This document shows, piece by piece, positions 36,078-49,613 of a stretch of DNA of 64,000 nt (the stretch's first letter is position 1; each line of letters starts with the position of its first letter). The notes under the pieces are model-generated. The model was not told where the DNA came from. It saw nothing but the letters and a program-made list of their open reading frames with translations, and did no database searches. The translations under genes and the position numbers were made by a program. The stretch is from Clostridiales bacterium. Its GTDB lineage: Bacteria > Bacillota > Clostridia > Christensenellales > CAG-138. The stretch covers positions 67,346 to 131,345 of the forward strand of contig SFCQ01000014.1 of assembly GCA_004558525.1 (NCBI GenBank), written 5' to 3'.

Positions 36078-36679
36078 TGCTTCTTTTCAGCCTCAGCCTC
36101 AAGCTCGTTTCTCAGCGCCTCAAGCGCGCGCCTGCGGTGGCTTACCGCATTTTTGCTTTCCGCGCTCATCTGCGCGAAGGAAAGCCCTGCCGGCTCATAG
36201 AAGAACAGCGGGTCGTAGCCAAAGCCGTTTTCGCCGCGCTTTTCCCTCAAAAGCCTGCCCTCCACCGTGCCGCGGCAGATTAGAGGCGCCTTGTCCCTTC
36301 TTGCCAAGGCTACTGCGCTTACAAAGCGGCAGGTGCGCTCGCTGTCCGCAACGTTCTGCATCAGGGCGATGAGCTTTTTGTTATTCGCCTCATCGTCATG
36401 GCCCTCGGCAGCGAAGCGCGCGCTGTATACGCCCGGCGCACCGTTCAGCGCGTCAACCATAAGCCCGCTGTCGTCGCTCAGCGCGGCGTCGGCAGAGCAT
36501 ACCTTAAGCACCTCTTCGGCTTTTTTCAGCGCGTTTTCTTCAAATGTTTTTCCGTCCTCAACAACGTCGATAACTATTCCGGCTTCCTTGAGGGAGAGTA
36601 TCTCCTCAAAACAGCCGGAAAGTATCTCCTTTATCTCGCGCACCTTATGGGCATTGTTAGAGGCTATTACAAGCTTCAT
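36074..36679 (-). CDS. rdgB: non-canonical purine NTP pyrophosphatase (RdgB/HAM1 family)
   Basis: MKLVIASNNAHKVREIKEIL, GFGYDPLF and SHR motifs. I set the start at 36679 (AAGGAG upstream). The ORF track starts at 36793. Confidence 0.92.
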   Translation of the reverse strand: MKLVIASNNAHKVREIKEILSGCFEEILSLKEAGIVIDVVEDGKTFEENALKKAEEVLKVCSADAALSDDSGLMVDALNGAPGVYSARFAAEGHDDEANNKKLIALMQNVADSERTCRFVSAVALARRDKAPLICRGTVEGRLLREKRGENGFGYDPLFFYEPAGLSFAQMSAESKNAVSHRRRALEALRNELEAEAEKKQ

Positions 36680-36738
36680 TTCGCCTTTTCTCCTTTGTGT
36701 AAGTTGTTTTATATAAGCTGATAAGCTTTTATTTGCTA

Positions 36739-37692
36739 TTACTGGAACGTGTTGGCATACATTGGCGCCATGCAGTTTACGGTAAGCGCGCACGGCTCGC
36801 CCTCTACGAACAGGTCCAGCTCGTATACGTCGTCAATAGCGCTTGCGGTAAGGAACAGCGTGTCAAATGCGGTCTCCGCCATGCCGTCAACATACTGGGC
36901 GGCCAAAAACTCGCCGCTCAGATCCACCCTGGCTACGCCGTCGTATAGCTCCGCGCTCAAAAGCTCTGTCCCCTCGGGGAAGCTGTTCATAAGCGCCGCG
37001 CTGTCCGGCCCCTTTATAAGCTCCTCAACAGCCGTTTTGAAGCCCGTTCCGCCTTCACAGTATCTTGTAACAGGCACGTTGAGGCTTCCGGATGAGTTTG
37101 CAAAATAGAGCGTAAGGGGCTTTGCGCCGTCAGCAGAGGCGCTTAAGTCGCCCTCTTCCGCGTTGAGCATAAACGGCTTCATCGCCTCCTTAAGCTCCGT
37201 ACCGTTGGGAAGCTTTGTGACCTTTTCGCCGTTTAATGTGATGGTCACCGCGTCTATAGCCGGAAACTCGGCAAGGCTGTTCACTATGCTTGTTACCATA
37301 GCCTGCTCGCTGCTTTTATCCGGCAATGCCGTAAGCCCCTTAAGGTCTATCGTCGCCACGCCGTCATCGCGTATTCTCAGCGTATACTCCACACCCTCCG
37401 GTATAGTGGTTTTAAGCCCAAGGGCGGTAGCCGCGGCGCGGTTCTCCTTTGTGTCAACAAGGTTGCTCAACGCCGCCTTGCCTATCCCCTCCTCCCAGGG
37501 TATAAGCTTCATCACAGGCACTATAAAGCCATCATCGTCCTGATAATACAAAACGGTACGCCTTAATCCGGCTTCGCTGTTTTCGCCTTCCTCATATTGG
37601 CCGGCGGCGACCGGCGCCTCCTTCGCGCAGCCGCACACCGCCATGCATATGCACAGCGCAGCAGCTAAAGCGCAATATATGCGTTTATTCAT
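36739..37692 (-). CDS. gerM: GerM-like sporulation/germination lipoprotein (two GerMN-type repeats)
   Basis: Lipoprotein signal ...AVCGC, then two similar halves (VTIDLKG... and ARVDLSGEF...). The gerM-rdgB-ysnB order matches Bacillus. Confidence 0.7.
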   Translation of the reverse strand: MNKRIYCALAAALCICMAVCGCAKEAPVAAGQYEEGENSEAGLRRTVLYYQDDDGFIVPVMKLIPWEEGIGKAALSNLVDTKENRAAATALGLKTTIPEGVEYTLRIRDDGVATIDLKGLTALPDKSSEQAMVTSIVNSLAEFPAIDAVTITLNGEKVTKLPNGTELKEAMKPFMLNAEEGDLSASADGAKPLTLYFANSSGSLNVPVTRYCEGGTGFKTAVEELIKGPDSAALMNSFPEGTELLSAELYDGVARVDLSGEFLAAQYVDGMAETAFDTLFLTASAIDDVYELDLFVEGEPCALTVNCMAPMYANTFQ

Positions 37693-37764
37693 ATCCGCCC
37701 TCCGTTCGCGTTTTTACATAATATTATTCACGCATTTGGCGGACTATGCTTAAGCGCATATCGC

Positions 37765-39504
37765 TTACAGCTGCTTTATGGCTTTAATGCAGGCCTCGCT
37801 CGGGGTGACATAGGCTGTCTTGTTGGTTGTATATATAACCATTCCCGGCTTTGCTCCGTTTGGCTTTTTTACGTATTTTTTCATGGTGTAGTCAACAGGC
37901 ACGTTTTCGCCTCCCCTTGCGCGGCTATAATATGCCGCAAGCTGGGCGGCCTGGTTGAGCGCAGCGTCGCTCGGCCCATTTTGGCACTTTATTATAACGT
38001 GTGAGCCGGGGATATTCTTTGTGTGCAGCCATATATCGTTGGCTGAGGCAAACCTCAGCGTAAGCTCGTCGTTCTGCTTATTGTTTTTGCCTACATATAT
38101 ATCTGCCCCGTCTGATGAAACAAAATGCATAGGCTTTGACGCGGCCCTTTTCATCCGCTTCCTGTCGTTTTTGTATTTTTTTATGTAGCCCTGCTCCCTA
38201 AGCTCGTCTATAAGCTCCATAAGCTCGTTTTCGGCCGTGCATTTGGTCAAGTTGTCAAGCTGACCTTCAAGGTAGCCAAGCTCCTCCATTGTCTGCTCGC
38301 GCTGCAGCTTTGCCATGTCGCGCGCAGATTTCAGCTTTTGATACTTTTTATAGTATCTTTGCGCATTATCGCCGGCGCTGAGCTGCTTATCAAGCGGTAT
38401 CGCAATCTTTTCCGGAGGGTCGGCATAGTAGTTTTCAACAACAGCCTTATCGTCTCCGCTGCGTATAGAGTGAAGATTTGCCGTGAGCAGCTCGCCATAA
38501 AGCCTGCTTTTTTCAAGCTGATCCTCGCAATTCAGGGCATCGGCATACAGCGCAAGCTTTTTTTCGCAGCGCTCTATATTGTTTTGAAGTATCTTCCTTG
38601 CGCTTGCCCCGTGCCGCTTTGCCCATTCCCTTTTGTCGCTGTTAACATACAGGCTGTCCAATGCAGCGGAGATGCTTTGATACTGCTTTATGCCCTCGCC
38701 ATTCAGTGTAAACGGGTATACGCTCACAGTCTCGCCAAGTTCATTCAATACGCAGCATGGCTTTATTTCGCCCTTGCCAAGCTTTTTATAGAAATCAAAA
38801 ATGCTTCCGCCAAGCTCCATACGCGCTTGCGCATCAAGCTCGCTGCAATCCCGCTTATCCGTGTAAACAGAGGCGAGCTGCTCCGCCACCGCCGGAGAAA
38901 GCCCGAAAAAAGCGTTTGAGAGCGCCTTGCCTATGCTTATGCCAACAGCGCAAAGCGACCTTGCAAAATCCTCCCTTGATGCCGATGAAGGGTCAAGCTT
39001 GTCCTGAGCGGGTGGCGCGGCATATTCAAGCCCGGGCAGCACAAGCCTTACCGCGCTCATGCCAAGACCAACATGCTTTATCGCGTCAACTATGCCGCCT
39101 TCATCATTTACAAGTATTATGTTTGAGTGTTTGCCCATAAGCTCGCAATAAAGCGAAAGCTGAGCAAGGTCGCCAAGCTCGTTATACGCTTCTATCGTTA
39201 TCTTCAACACCCTGTCCAGCCTGCTCTGCTCAAAGCCGAGTATCTTTCCGCCTGATATGCGCTTTCTTAAAAGCATGCAGAACATGGGCGCCTCCGCCGG
39301 AGCCTGCTTTTTCAGCTCAGTAAGCTGCACCCTGTTGTCCGCGGCAGATGCGTTTATGAGCAGCCTGTAATTAGCGTCAGCGCCGCGTACGGACAGGAGC
39401 AGCTCCTCCTTATCCGTCTGCTGTATCTTGTCTATCCTTCCGCCTGTAAGCGTTTTCCTAAGCTCCAGCATAGAAGCATACAGGCTCAGCCCGTCCATTG
39501 ACAT
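37765..39504 (-). CDS. rqcH: NFACT-family ribosome quality-control protein RqcH (FbpA/YloA-like)
   Basis: MSMDGLSLYASMLELRKTLTGGRIDKIQQ at the N-terminus, a central coiled coil and a C-terminal NFACT-R region (IWLHTKNIPGSHVII). Confidence 0.88.
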   Translation of the reverse strand: MSMDGLSLYASMLELRKTLTGGRIDKIQQTDKEELLLSVRGADANYRLLINASAADNRVQLTELKKQAPAEAPMFCMLLRKRISGGKILGFEQSRLDRVLKITIEAYNELGDLAQLSLYCELMGKHSNIILVNDEGGIVDAIKHVGLGMSAVRLVLPGLEYAAPPAQDKLDPSSASREDFARSLCAVGISIGKALSNAFFGLSPAVAEQLASVYTDKRDCSELDAQARMELGGSIFDFYKKLGKGEIKPCCVLNELGETVSVYPFTLNGEGIKQYQSISAALDSLYVNSDKREWAKRHGASARKILQNNIERCEKKLALYADALNCEDQLEKSRLYGELLTANLHSIRSGDDKAVVENYYADPPEKIAIPLDKQLSAGDNAQRYYKKYQKLKSARDMAKLQREQTMEELGYLEGQLDNLTKCTAENELMELIDELREQGYIKKYKNDRKRMKRAASKPMHFVSSDGADIYVGKNNKQNDELTLRFASANDIWLHTKNIPGSHVIIKCQNGPSDAALNQAAQLAAYYSRARGGENVPVDYTMKKYVKKPNGAKPGMVIYTTNKTAYVTPSEACIKAIKQL

Positions 39505-39593
39505 AGTATCTCTCCGTTTGTCATTTTATCTTTAGGGAAGCCATGATTCGTTTGGCATTTCCCTTGTGTATTAACGCTTTGGCTTCTGCCGCG

Positions 39594-40205
39594 CTACAAT
39601 TGCACAAGATGCGTACAGGAAAGCTCATATGCCGTGCGCACCTCGCTCACGCCATTTTCCGTTTTTGTGTAGCTGCGGCTTTGCAGGCGGCCTTCTATCC
39701 TTATCCTTGCGCCCACGCTGAGGCCTGCCGCTATGTGCGCGGCGCTCCCCCAGGCTATGCAGGGTATGTAGTCAGCTTTTTTATAGTCGCGGTTAACGGC
39801 AAGCAGGATATCCGTTATCTCGCGGCAAAACGGCGTTACCCTGAACACCGTAGGCCTGCATATGCTGCCCGTCAGCAGCACGCTGTTGGCGCAGCATACA
39901 GGCTCCGTCTTTATCGCCATATCTCGGGCAAAGGCGCGTATCAAAAGCCTGCTGCCGTTTTCATAATGCCTGTTGTAGGAGCGCAGCTGGCCGCGAAGCT
40001 CAATGTAGTCTCCGGGGCTTACATCCTGCATTATCCTGCCAGGAACGGTTATAGGCAGAGTGTCTACAGTGCCGCTGAGCCTCATAACGTCCATAGCGCC
40101 AACGTAAAGCGTTTCGCCGTATGCCTCATGCTCGGCAACGAGCCCTTCGGCAAGCCTTCCGCACAGGAAAAGGCTGTTTTCATCACGCGTATACCCCATA
40201 CCCAC
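39594..40205 (-). CDS. tandem OB-fold, SSB-like protein without an acidic tail
   Basis: Two SSB-like segments (YIELRGQLRSYNRHYENGSRLLI and RIRIEGRLQSRSYTKTENGVSEVRTAYEL). The family call comes from motif resemblance only. Confidence 0.45.
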   Translation of the reverse strand: MGMGYTRDENSLFLCGRLAEGLVAEHEAYGETLYVGAMDVMRLSGTVDTLPITVPGRIMQDVSPGDYIELRGQLRSYNRHYENGSRLLIRAFARDMAIKTEPVCCANSVLLTGSICRPTVFRVTPFCREITDILLAVNRDYKKADYIPCIAWGSAAHIAAGLSVGARIRIEGRLQSRSYTKTENGVSEVRTAYELSCTHLVQL

Positions 40206-40253
40206 TCTCCATCAAAAACATGATGTTAAATGGATATGTACTTAAACCGTATA

Positions 40254-42677
40254 TTATGAATCAAGCCTGTATGCGCCGGTCACAACATCGTCAAGCAACG
40301 CCATAACAAGTATGCTGCCCTTGCCCGCGCGCTGCTCTATGCGCACAAGCTCGGTCGTATCTATCCTTGTTTCAGTACCGTGGAACTGCTTTACCATAAA
40401 CGCAAACGGCATGGTGACATGAAACGCCGCGGCTATTGCCGTGCCGTTGCTGCCGTTCTTCTTAAAGTCGAACGTCTTCAGCCCTTTGCCGTTGCGGCCC
40501 TGTATATCGTATTCAAACACAAAGCTCCTCTTGGCATAGCCCCTGTCCGTTATGGTCAGTATCTCGCCTTCGTCAGTTATCTGGCCAAAGTATACCACCT
40601 CGTCGCCGGCGTCGAGCTTTATACACTTTACGCCGGACGATACCCTGCCCATCGCCGGCACGGTATCGGTTTCAAAGCGTATGCTCATGCCAAGCTTTGT
40701 TATGAGCAGCGTCGTATAGCCGGCCCCCTTAACAGGCTCTATGCCGATTATCTCGTCGCCGGCTTTAAGCGCGGCTGCCTGTATCTTTTTCGTTCTTGTT
40801 ATGTATTCGCTGGCCGCCGTGCGCTTTACGTTGCCCTGCCTGGTGAAGAACAAAAGCTCCCCTTCATCAAGCCTGTCAAAGCAGGCTGTCAGCCTTTCAC
40901 CCTTTTCAAGCTGGGCTATCGTGTTAAGGTTCACGGCCTTGCCGCCCGTCTTGGTTTCCGCTATCTCGTCCGCACCGATGGTAATGAGGTTTCCAAGATT
41001 GGTGAACAGCTTAAGCTTTTTATCCGTTGACGTATCGAAGCGCCATGCGGGCCGTTCAGCCTCGTTTGCAAGCGAATCGCGCTGCCTCCTCGGCACCCTT
41101 CTAAGCTTGCCGTCAGGCGTTATGGATACGCTTACGTCCTCGGCGGCTATCTCAGCCTCGTTCACCTCTATCGTTGGCTCCGCCTCCAATATCTCGGTTG
41201 CCCTTGGGGCCGAGTACTTCTCCTTTATCTCCTTAAGCTCTCCCTTTATAACATCATGCAGCCTTTGAGGCGACGCCAAAATTGCCTTCAGCTCCTTTAT
41301 TGTCCTAAGTATCTCCTTATGCTCTTTTTCTATTGCGATCAGCTCAAGGTTAGTCAGCCTTTGCAGCCTTAGGTCGAGTATCGCCTGAGCCTGTATCTCC
41401 GTAAGCTCAAAGCGCTTTATGAGCGCCTCCCTTGCGGCCTTGGGGTTCTTTGAGGCTCTGATTATCGCGATCACCTCGTCTATATTAAGCACGGCTATAG
41501 AAAGCCCGTTCAGAATATGCTCGCGCTTCTCGGCCGCGTCAAGGTCGAAACGGGTCCTTCTTGTAACAACGTCCTCCTGATGTGCGATGTAGTAGCGCAG
41601 CATGTCCTTCAAGCCAAGCTGCTGCGGCTTGCCGTCCGCAATGGCTACCATGTTCACGCCGAACGTCACCTGAAGGTCGGAATATTTATACAGATACTGA
41701 AGTATCTTCTCCGCGTCCGCATCCTTTTTTACCTCTATAACGGCGCGCATGCCCATTCTGTCGGACTCGTCGCGTATGTCGCTGACCCCGGCGAACATGG
41801 CCTTCTTTTCCTGCGTTATCCTGAGTATGCCCTCAAGAGCCCTCGCCTTGTTCACCTGATACGGCATCTCGGTAGCTACGATGAGCTTTTTGCCGTTCTT
41901 CTGCTCCTCTATATGGCATTTTGCCCTTACCGTGAGCTTGCCGCGGCCGGTCTCATACGCTGCGCGTATCTCATCGGAGGCGAGTATATAACCGCCTGTC
42001 GGGAAATCCGGACACGGTATTATCCTCATAAGCTCGTCAAGGCTTATTTCAGGGTTTTCCATCTGGGCTATAACAGCATCCACAGTCTCGCCGAAGTTAT
42101 GCGGGGGTATGGCCGTTGCAAGGCCTACGGCTATTCCGCTGGCCCCGTTTACAAGAAGATTTGGAAATCTCCCGGGCAGAACGTCCGGCTCCTTTTCGGT
42201 ATCGTCAAAGTTAAGGCTGAATTTTACCGTATCCTTGTCAATATCCCGCAAAAGCTCAAGCGCGAGCGGGGTCATGCGCGCCTCCGTATAGCGCATGGCC
42301 GCGGCGCTGTCTCCATCTATGCTGCCAAAGTTGCCGTGGCCGTCAACAAGCGGCGCACGCATATTGAAGCCCTGCGCCATGCGCACCATTGCATCGTACA
42401 CGCTGGAGTCGCCATGCGGGTGATATTTACCCAGGCAATCGCCAACTATGCGCGCGCTTTTCCTGTGCGGCTTGTCCGGCGTGTTGCCAAGGCCGAGCAT
42501 GGTGTAAAGTATCCTCCTTTGCACCGGCTTCAGCCCGTCCTCTACCCTTGGCAGGGCGCGTTCAAGTATAACATGCTCGGCATATGGCAGCATGGATTCG
42601 TGCATAACGTCGTCCATGCTTTTTATAAGTATGTTTTTATCGGCCGCAATGGGCGTCCTGTCGTCTTTTTTAGCCAT
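40254..42677 (-). CDS. parC: type IIA DNA topoisomerase subunit A (ParC/GyrA family, probably topoisomerase IV ParC)
   Basis: [17 protein letters not shown], the catalytic-Tyr context AAMRYTE and a C-terminal beta-pinwheel. The locus does not have the dnaA-gyrB-gyrA context, so I infer the topo IV assignment. Confidence 0.85.
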   Translation of the reverse strand: MAKKDDRTPIAADKNILIKSMDDVMHESMLPYAEHVILERALPRVEDGLKPVQRRILYTMLGLGNTPDKPHRKSARIVGDCLGKYHPHGDSSVYDAMVRMAQGFNMRAPLVDGHGNFGSIDGDSAAAMRYTEARMTPLALELLRDIDKDTVKFSLNFDDTEKEPDVLPGRFPNLLVNGASGIAVGLATAIPPHNFGETVDAVIAQMENPEISLDELMRIIPCPDFPTGGYILASDEIRAAYETGRGKLTVRAKCHIEEQKNGKKLIVATEMPYQVNKARALEGILRITQEKKAMFAGVSDIRDESDRMGMRAVIEVKKDADAEKILQYLYKYSDLQVTFGVNMVAIADGKPQQLGLKDMLRYYIAHQEDVVTRRTRFDLDAAEKREHILNGLSIAVLNIDEVIAIIRASKNPKAAREALIKRFELTEIQAQAILDLRLQRLTNLELIAIEKEHKEILRTIKELKAILASPQRLHDVIKGELKEIKEKYSAPRATEILEAEPTIEVNEAEIAAEDVSVSITPDGKLRRVPRRQRDSLANEAERPAWRFDTSTDKKLKLFTNLGNLITIGADEIAETKTGGKAVNLNTIAQLEKGERLTACFDRLDEGELLFFTRQGNVKRTAASEYITRTKKIQAAALKAGDEIIGIEPVKGAGYTTLLITKLGMSIRFETDTVPAMGRVSSGVKCIKLDAGDEVVYFGQITDEGEILTITDRGYAKRSFVFEYDIQGRNGKGLKTFDFKKNGSNGTAIAAAFHVTMPFAFMVKQFHGTETRIDTTELVRIEQRAGKGSILVMALLDDVVTGAYRLDS

Positions 42678-44656
42678 TACTGCGCGCTCCCTTCATCCTT
42701 TTGGCGCCTTGCCTTTTCTTCAAACGAATCCACCTTGTTAAAGTTGGCGTATTCGCTTATGTATTCCTTCCTCGGGCCGACCTTATCGCCCATAAGCAGC
42801 GTAACAAGATGCTCAACATCGGCAGCGTCCTCTATGTTCACCCTTATAAGCGTCCTGTTTTCCGGATTCATCGTCGTTTCCCAAAGCTGCTCCGGATTCA
42901 TCTCGCCAAGGCCCTTATATCTTTGCAGGCTGTAGCCCTTGCCGATGGTCTTGATGGCCTTGTTCAAAGCCGCGTCATCGTATAGATACTGCATCTTTTC
43001 CCCCTTTTGCAGCTTGTAGAGCGGAGGCTGGCCCATGTACACATGGCCCTCCGTTATAAGCTCCTTCATGTATCTATAAAAGAACGTCAAAAGTATGGCC
43101 CTTATGTGCGCGCCGTCCTGATCGGCATCGGAAAGAATTATTATCTTATCGTACTTAAGTCCGGATATGTCAAAATCCTCGCCAATGCCCGTGCCTATGG
43201 CAGTTATTATGGAGCGGAACTCCTCATTCTGCAAAACCTGATCTATGCGCTTCTTTTCAACGTTCAGCGGCTTGCCCCGCAACGGAAGTATGGCCTGGAA
43301 ACGCCTGTCCCTGCCCTGTTTGGCGCTGCCGCCGGCGCTGTCGCCCTCAACTATAAACAGCTCGTTTATCTTGTAGTCCCTTCCCGTGCAGCTTGAAAGC
43401 TTGCCCACGAGCGGAGCATTGTCAAGCTTGTTCTTCTCCCTTGCCATGGTCTTTGCCTTGCGCGCGGACTCCCTTACCTTTGCCGCCTTAAGCGCCTTAT
43501 CTGCCATAAGCGCAGCGGTTTCGGAGTTCTTAAGATCCTCAAGATAAGGCACGAGCTGCTCGTTCATAACATACTCGACGGCCGGCTTAGCCTCGGTATT
43601 GCCAAGCCTCGTCTTTGTCTGCCCCTCAAACTGTATGGAATGCATCTTAAGCGAAAGCACGGCGGTAAGCCCTTCCCTGAAGTCCTCGCCGCTAAGCGAC
43701 GGGTCCTTATCCTTCAATGCGCCCGTTTTCCGGCAATAATCGTTCATTATTTTTGTAAGCGCGGATTTAAGGCCGGTCTCATGCGTGCCGCCCTCAGTGG
43801 TAGGTATGTTGTTGACATATGAGAATATGCTCTCTGAATAGCCATCGTTGTGCTGCATTGCAAGCTCAACAACTATGCCGTCCTTTTGGCCGCATATATG
43901 TATAGGCTCCGGATAAAGCGGGGTCTTGTCCGCGTTGAGGTATTTCACAAAATCTGAAATGCCGCCCTCGAAGCGGTACTCGCGCTCCTTCTTATCCCCC
44001 CTCGCCCTTTCATCGCAAAGCGTGAAGCGGACGCCCCTGTTAAGATAGGCAAGCTCCCGCAGTCTTTTCGATATTATCTCAAAATTCATCTCTATGGTTT
44101 CAAATACCGTTTTATCAGGAAGAAAGGTTACCCTTGTTCCCCTTCTTCTTGTGCGGCCGGTCTCCTTGAGCGGCGCTTCAGGCACGCCGGAATGGGTATT
44201 GCCCTCTGCGTCAGTATAGCTATGGAAGCGCTGCACATAGCTTTTGCCCTCTGTAGCAACCTCAACTATAACATATTCGCTAAGCGCGTTGACCACGCTT
44301 GCGCCAACGCCATGCAGTCCGCCGGAAAAGCCATATGCGTCGTTATCAAATTTTCCGCCGGCATGGAGCTGAGTATACACGACCTCGACCCCGCTCACGC
44401 CGAGCTTTTCATGTATGCCGACAGGTATGCCGCGGCCGTTATCTTCAACAGTAACCGAATTATCCTTGTTTAATGTAACGCTTACCGTGTCCGCATAGCC
44501 GTTTGCGGCCTCGTCAACTGCGTTATCCACTATTTCCCAAAGCATATGGTGAAGGCCTCTTGAGCCGGTGGAGCCTATATACATACCCGGCCTCATGCGC
44601 ACGGCCTCAAGCCCTTCCATCACCTTTATATCGCTTACGGTATAGTCTTTAGACAT
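42677..44656 (-). CDS. parE: type IIA DNA topoisomerase subunit B (ParE/GyrB family, probably ParE)
   Basis: GHKL ATPase motifs (EIVDNAVDE and [15 protein letters not shown]) and Toprim motifs (EGDSAGG and DADQDGAHI). I set the start at 44656 (GGAGG 5-6 nt upstream). Its stop overlaps the parC start by 1 nt. Confidence 0.9.
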   Translation of the reverse strand: MSKDYTVSDIKVMEGLEAVRMRPGMYIGSTGSRGLHHMLWEIVDNAVDEAANGYADTVSVTLNKDNSVTVEDNGRGIPVGIHEKLGVSGVEVVYTQLHAGGKFDNDAYGFSGGLHGVGASVVNALSEYVIVEVATEGKSYVQRFHSYTDAEGNTHSGVPEAPLKETGRTRRRGTRVTFLPDKTVFETIEMNFEIISKRLRELAYLNRGVRFTLCDERARGDKKEREYRFEGGISDFVKYLNADKTPLYPEPIHICGQKDGIVVELAMQHNDGYSESIFSYVNNIPTTEGGTHETGLKSALTKIMNDYCRKTGALKDKDPSLSGEDFREGLTAVLSLKMHSIQFEGQTKTRLGNTEAKPAVEYVMNEQLVPYLEDLKNSETAALMADKALKAAKVRESARKAKTMAREKNKLDNAPLVGKLSSCTGRDYKINELFIVEGDSAGGSAKQGRDRRFQAILPLRGKPLNVEKKRIDQVLQNEEFRSIITAIGTGIGEDFDISGLKYDKIIILSDADQDGAHIRAILLTFFYRYMKELITEGHVYMGQPPLYKLQKGEKMQYLYDDAALNKAIKTIGKGYSLQRYKGLGEMNPEQLWETTMNPENRTLIRVNIEDAADVEHLVTLLMGDKVGPRKEYISEYANFNKVDSFEEKARRQKDEGSAQ

Positions 44657-44805
44657 ATTCCCTCCAAACACACAATGCACTATATGCTGTACATAGCTTC
44701 ATCAATATCCACATTAGATTATAATACAACGTTTAATTATGGACAAGTAAAAGACGAATATTCGAAAGCCATACTGCAAAAGCTAAATGCCGAGGTGAGT
44801 AAAAT

Positions 44806-45234
44806 ATGAATGATACGATAGAACTTTGCCGCGAGATAAGCGACAGCGCCGACATAGGCAAGCTTGTGCTTGCACGGCTCATAAGATCATCACGGGACGC
44901 TTCCTTCAGGAGCGTTATGGCGGACATGTTTGCCGGTTACCATGCCATACTTACGGAAGCAAAGCAGATAATATCCGCCTTTGACGCTGCCGACGGCGGC
45001 GCCAGCATGGCGCAGAAGCAGCCCATACTTTTAGGCTTAAGGCTGAACGCGGCAATAGACAGCAGCCCCTCGCACCTTGCGGACATGCTTATACAGGGCT
45101 GTACAATGAGCCTTATAAACGTTGCCCGCGCCCAGAACGAGTATACACGGGCCGACGAGCGGGCGGTATCGCTTGCAAAGCGCATAAGAAAAGCCGACGA
45201 AGAAAACATCCGCCAGCTTCTTAAGTTTGTATAG
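44806..45234 (+). CDS. hypothetical helical protein
   Basis: 142-aa ORF with RBS gaggtg 8 nt upstream. No motif is recognised. Confidence 0.5.
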   Translation: MNDTIELCREISDSADIGKLVLARLIRSSRDASFRSVMADMFAGYHAILTEAKQIISAFDAADGGASMAQKQPILLGLRLNAAIDSSPSHLADMLIQGCTMSLINVARAQNEYTRADERAVSLAKRIRKADEENIRQLLKFV

Positions 45235-45239
45235 GCCTG

Positions 45240-45773
45240 TTACTCCCTTGTAAGCTCGTTATATACCGCGCTGAACACAGCCTCGCTTCGTTCCTCCCAT
45301 ACCGAACACGCATGGCGCGCCGAAGCTTCGTCCGGAAGCAGCAGCTCTATCCTGAGCAGCTCGCCATGCGGCTCCATAGCCCTTAATATGACCCTTCGCG
45401 CATGCTCGCCTGCCCTTTCCGTCCTGGCCGAAAACCTTGTTTGGCTTATAAGCTTTGGCGCATGCTCTTTTGCCCTTGCGGCTATCTTGTCCCTCAAGGA
45501 GCTGGGAAGCTCAACAGCAAACATATCAAGCGTTTGCTCGCCCTGCGGCGTTACGAAGTATGCCTGCCCATACGGCCTTGGGACCGCGCTTATAAGGCCC
45601 TCCTCCTCCAGCTCGTATGATGCGTTCTGCACCTCAAAATACCCAAGCAGATCATATATACAGAAAAAATCCGCCAGCTGCGCCTTTGTAGGCTGCATGC
45701 CGAGCGATTTAAGTCCGTATAGGACCATCAGTTTATCCCGCGTTACTCCGGTTGAAAAGTACCCCATATACAA
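45240..45773 (-). CDS. hypothetical protein, possibly a winged-helix (DUF4364-like) regulator
   Basis: 177-aa ORF. The N-terminal pattern KLMVLYGL...QLADFF...LEEEGLI suggests a wHTH fold. The family name is from memory only. Confidence 0.5.
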   Translation of the reverse strand: MYMGYFSTGVTRDKLMVLYGLKSLGMQPTKAQLADFFCIYDLLGYFEVQNASYELEEEGLISAVPRPYGQAYFVTPQGEQTLDMFAVELPSSLRDKIAARAKEHAPKLISQTRFSARTERAGEHARRVILRAMEPHGELLRIELLLPDEASARHACSVWEERSEAVFSAVYNELTRE

Positions 45774-45906
45774 GCTCCTTGTTTGACCTATATATGATTA
45801 TAACACAAATCGGCGGGCTTTGCTGCGGCATAGTAAAACGCTGCCTTTCCCGCCAAACGGCTCAAATGCGCCGATAAGCATGGTTTTCATCTATATCCTG
45901 CGGTGC

Positions 45907-46779
45907 CTACTTGGCCTTTCTGTATGATTTGCCCATCGTAAGCTCTATCCCCTTGGCCTCGAACATCTCGCTTACGGTAACAAGCTTGTAGCCCTGTTCC
46001 AGCAGCTGAGGCACTATCTTTTCAACCGCTGCGGCAGTCTCATGCCTCAAGTCATGCATGAGCACTATGTCGCCATCGCCCGCGCCGAGCGCCGCGGCGA
46101 CAGTGCTATCGGTATCCTTTGTTTTCCAATCGAGCGTATCTATGTTCCAAAGTATCAGCGGATACTTTACCGTTGCATAAACATCGTCGTTCTTCGCTCC
46201 GTATGGTGGCCTTACGAGCTTCGGCCTTTCGCCCGTTATCTGCTCGACAAGGTCTGCCGCGTCCTCAACCTGGCTTATCATTTCCTGCGTTGGAATTTTT
46301 GTAAGGTTCTTGTGGTCGTATGTATGGTTCGCTATCTCGCACCCAAGCTCCTTTGCGCGCAATACGGTCTTGGGAAACTTGTCCACCTGAGAGCCGAGCG
46401 CAAAAAACGTTACATGCACGTTTTGATCCCTGTATGCCTCAACAACATCAAGTATCCTGTTTGTGACCTCGCCATAAGGGCCGTCGTCAAACGTGAGCGC
46501 AATAAGCTTTTCGCCGCTGATATCAGGCGTGCCGGAAGGCTGTATGCCGGTAATAGGCTCTTCTGAAGGCACGGGGTTTTGCAATGGCAGCACGGCGTCG
46601 TTCCCCGTTTCCGCAGGCTCCGGCACGAATGTGGGCGTAGGCCCCGGGGTTAGCATGGGTATTTCGATAACAGGCTCGCTTTGTTCTTCCGCACAGGCTG
46701 CGAGGCAAAGTATGGCGGCAAATACCATGGCCGCAACGGCAAGCATTTTGGCATATATATAAACGACTTTTTTCATCAA
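45907..46779 (-). CDS. polysaccharide deacetylase (NodB-homology) lipoprotein
   Basis: Lipobox LAAC. NodB motifs LTFDDGP, HVTFF, NHTYDH and LMHD. Confidence 0.88.
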   Translation of the reverse strand: MMKKVVYIYAKMLAVAAMVFAAILCLAACAEEQSEPVIEIPMLTPGPTPTFVPEPAETGNDAVLPLQNPVPSEEPITGIQPSGTPDISGEKLIALTFDDGPYGEVTNRILDVVEAYRDQNVHVTFFALGSQVDKFPKTVLRAKELGCEIANHTYDHKNLTKIPTQEMISQVEDAADLVEQITGERPKLVRPPYGAKNDDVYATVKYPLILWNIDTLDWKTKDTDSTVAAALGAGDGDIVLMHDLRHETAAAVEKIVPQLLEQGYKLVTVSEMFEAKGIELTMGKSYRKAK

Positions 46780-46918
46780 TATCTCCTTAATATAAGCCGC
46801 AAAGCGATATTCTTCGCAGCCCGTATGTATATGCTATCCTTTATCATTTAACAAGTCAAGCGGCAAAATAGATATTTAACATTCTGTTATTATATCTTTG
46901 CTATATCATTTAACCGCC

Positions 46919-46947
46919 TTGCAATAGACGGGAGTTTTCAATATAAT
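46919..46947 (+). promoter_or_regulatory. near-consensus sigma-A promoter for queA-tgt
   Basis: TTGCAA, 17 nt spacer, TATAAT. Confidence 0.5.
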
Positions 46948-46979
46948 AAAGCCACGCGCAAACGGAGGAAACTGATAGA

Positions 46980-49609
<2,630 letters not shown>

Positions 49610-49613
<4 letters not shown>

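Noticed and set aside
40254-40560. A GyrA-box-like motif (QGRNGKG) near the C-terminus of the subunit A protein, which might argue for gyrase rather than topoisomerase IV.
   Set aside because: The motif sits in the last pinwheel blade rather than the first, where the true GyrA box (QRRGGKG) lies. Similar G-rich turns recur in every blade. It does not discriminate between the two enzymes, so the subtype is left as probable ParC, based on context.
41517-42935. A 472-aa plus-strand ORF across the parC/parE junction.
   Set aside because: It is antisense to two strongly supported topoisomerase genes. It has no RBS and no motifs, and its composition is typical of a shadow frame.
46838-46915. A direct repeat of tatcatttaac (two copies about 60 nt apart) upstream of queA.
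   Set aside because: It is short and AT-rich, lies in an AT-rich promoter spacer and has only two copies. That is insufficient to call a regulatory site.
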